Shown: positions 61,245 through 64,000 of the stretch, piece after piece
Layout: the number at the start of each line of letters is the position of its first letter
Position numbering within the stretch: position 1 is the stretch's first letter
Source: Eledone cirrhosa
Taxonomy: Eukaryota
NCBI GenBank assembly: GCA_964016885.1
Contig: OZ024746.1
Span: 96,844,001 to 96,908,000 of the forward strand
Length of the DNA: 64,000 nt
Direction of reading: 5' to 3'
Translations under genes and position numbers: made by a program
Notes under the pieces: generated by a model
What the model saw: the letters and a program-made list of their open reading frames with translations, nothing else
What the model was told of the DNA's origin: nothing
The model's database searches: none

Positions 61245-63677
61245 ATCATCATCATCATCATCATCATTTTACGTCCGCTTTTCCCTGCTTGCAAGGGTGA
61301 GACGGGTCTTATTCAGCACAGCATCTCTCCACTCATCATGGTCCTTCGTCATCTCCACCATGAGCTTCAATGATCTGAGGTCTGTTCTCACCACCTCCGC
61401 CCATGTTTTTCGTGGTCTACCTCTACCACGTCTTCCTTCAACTGGCATTTCCTGGCACTTCTTCACCCATCGGTCATCCTTCATGCGCATCACATGTCCA
61501 TACCACCTCAGTCTCGTCTCCCGCACACTACATTCTATCCCTCTCAGACACAGTTTCTCTCTCAACACATTTATGCTGGGTCGTTCACGCACATTTACAC
61601 TGCACATCCAACTGAGCATGCTTGCCTCATTTCTCTCCAGCCGTCGCATATCCTCTGCAGTTGCTGCCCATGTCTCACTACCATGCAGCATCGCGCTCTT
61701 CACACAGGCATCATACAACCGGCCTTTCGTACGCAGGGAGAAACCCTTCTTCGTCAACAGAGGAAGCAGCTCCCTAAACTTCTTCCAACCCGTCCTTATT
61801 CTAGATACTATGGCCTCGGAACACCCTCCTCCCATGCTAATCTGATCTCCTAGGTACCGGAAGCTATCCACCACTTCTATAGCGCCCTCCTGCATTTGAA
61901 AAATGTGTCTATCAATGCGACTTCTACTGTCTAATTTCCCTGTACATCTACTGCATACATATTTCTCTCTACCTGTTAGTTTGCCTGCTATCCCGCTACA
62001 TCTCTTGTGTACCCAGGATCTGTATTGTATGCATTTCATAGAATTTATGCCAGTTCCTTTTCTGTATATCGAACATGGCCATTTCCCTGACGGAATCAGG
62101 GTTTTGTCCTCTTTTCTAATCATCAACACTTTTATCTTAGTTAGGTTCACTCTCAGTCCTCTTGCTTGCAACTGCTGTTTCCATAGCCAGAATTTATTCT
62201 CTAGCTCCTCTACTGATTCTGCAATAAGAACCAGATCGTCAGCATAGAGAAGTTCCCATGGACAGCCAGTCTTAAACTCCTCTGTTATGGCTTGGAGGAC
62301 TATAATGAACAAGAGCGGGCTGAGGACCGAACCTTGATGTACTCCTACTTGTATCTGGAATTCCTCACTAAACTCCATTCCTACCCTGACTTTATTGAGA
62401 GTACCTCTGTACAAAGTTTGCACTGTCCTCACAAGCCATTCCTCAACACCTAGCTTCCTTAGGGACCACCAGATGACAGATCGGGGTACCCTATCAAAGG
62501 CCTTCTCTAGGTCAACAAAGGCTAAGTATAGTGGCTTATTTTTCTCTAAGAACCTCTCTTGCAATTGTCTCACCAAGAAAAGGCCATCTGTTGTACTCTT
62601 CCCAGGCATAAAACCAAACTGCATCTCATCTAGTTTGACCCTTTCTCTAATTAGTTGTGCTAATATCCTTTCTGCCACTTTCATAACCTGATCCATCAGT
62701 TTTACCCCTATAATTGCTCCTCTCCAGAGCATCCCCTTTACCTTTGTAGCAATTTATGAGAATACTGCTGCACCAGTCTTTGGGTATGACACCACCATAT
62801 ATAGCCTGATTGATGATGCGTGCAACCAGTTTAGTGCTTACGTCCCCTGATGCCTTCAGCATCTCAGCAACTATTCCCGATGGTCCAGCAGCCTTACCAT
62901 TTTTCATTTCCCTAATCGCCTCTTGGACCCTATATTCGTCAATCTCAATAGCTGGTCCTTCTGTCGGATCTACTAAGGGTAATTCCTCTCTCTCCCATTC
63001 GTTCTCCACATTTATCAGTCTCTCATAATGACATTTCCAGGCCTCCTTTTTCTGATCATTCGTGACACTAAGTACACCGGCATCATCCCGGACACATTTA
63101 TCTCCAACAACATCCTGATTTGCATTGACACACTGCCTTGCAATCTGGAACACCGCACGCTTCTGATCTTCCCGTCACAGAACATTGGCAAACCTCCTAC
63201 TCTCCGCCTCCCTGCGTGCTAAGTACACCTGACGTCTAGCTTCTCTCTTAGTGGCTGTATATTCTTCCCTACTCCCACCCTTTTTCCAAGCCTTCCATGC
63301 TAGTCTTTTGTCTCTAATGGCCTTATCTACTGTGCTGTTCCACCACCAGGTCACTCTCTGTCTGGTTGGAGCTCTGCTCCAGCCACAAGTTTCATCAGTA
63401 GCCTGCAGCAAGTTGTCACGTAAGAAATTCCAGTTATTATCTATGTCATATGTCTCTAAATCAACTTCTTTTTCGTCATATACATCTTGAAGGGCTTTCC
63501 TAAATTTGTATTTTAGTGAAAGGTCTTTTAGCTTCCAGACCTTTCTTCTCCACACCTTCCTGTATGTCTCATTCCATCTCTTGCTTACTGAGATATCACT
63601 AACGACTAACCTATGCTGTGGGTGACATTCTTCCCCAGGGTATGCCTTGGTATTAGACACTATCTGCCTGTCCCACT
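61245..63677 (-). mobile_element. RTE-clade LINE, 2.4 kb, 5'-truncated, ORF2 broken by frameshifts; (GAT)n tail
   Basis: QHRLV, TWWWN, KAAGPSG, FVDLEKAFDRVP, LLYADD, LRWYGHV, RGRGRPRKTW across ORFs 63660-63175, 63153-62647, 62732-61269. Confidence 0.95.
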
Positions 63678-64000
63678 TTAATTGAAGAAGATCGAAGAAT
63701 AACAGTTAATCAGTTAGCTAAGTCCCTAGACATTTCATATGGTTCGGCAAATTCAATTCTGCACGATAATTTGGGACTAAACAAGCTTTCAGCGCGATGG
63801 GTCCCAAAAGCGTTGTGCCCTGATCAGCTGATTCTTCGAAGTGATCTGTCTTTGGCGATATTAAACAAAATTGAAGTTGATGAAGAGCATTTCCTGACCA
63901 GAATCATCACCGGAGATGAGACCTGGATCTACCAGTATGATGCTGAATCCAAACAGCACTCAAAACAGTGGCTTCCACGTGGATCATCAGGGCCAATCAA
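63675..64000 (+). mobile_element. Mariner transposase fragment, open to the window edge
   Basis: TLIEEDRRITVNQLAKSLDISYGS..ILHDNLGLNKLSARWVPKAL...RIITGDETWIYQYD (WVPxxL and first catalytic D). Confidence 0.9.

Overview
AT-rich, microsatellite-laden eukaryotic (animal) DNA. The tRNA-derived SINEs, RTE LINEs and (TA)n tracts suggest a cephalopod such as Octopus; this is an inference from repeat style. Two spliced genes converge. (1) Minus strand: the last 8 coding exons (57017 to 37583) of an agrin-like protein (LamG - EGF - LamG, ending ...PIAYCS*), all with GT-AG sites and consistent phases. (2) Plus strand: the last 4 exons (987 to 13960) of an unrecognised protein made of a duplicated 6-cysteine two-exon module with a GPI-signal-like C-terminus; the ORF track does not capture it as a gene. 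The rest is mobile and repetitive DNA: RTE, CR1/L2 and R4-type LINE pieces, two SINE families, a decayed Chapaev3-like transposon, a mariner fragment, Helitron derivatives, piggyBac/hAT/Tigger/Ginger-like MITEs, several minisatellites, a perfect 130-bp-arm palindrome, a Penelope-like endonuclease relic, and about a dozen hammerhead-ribozyme-like motifs, several arranged as inverted pairs. All coordinates and alignments were made by eye; no searches were run.
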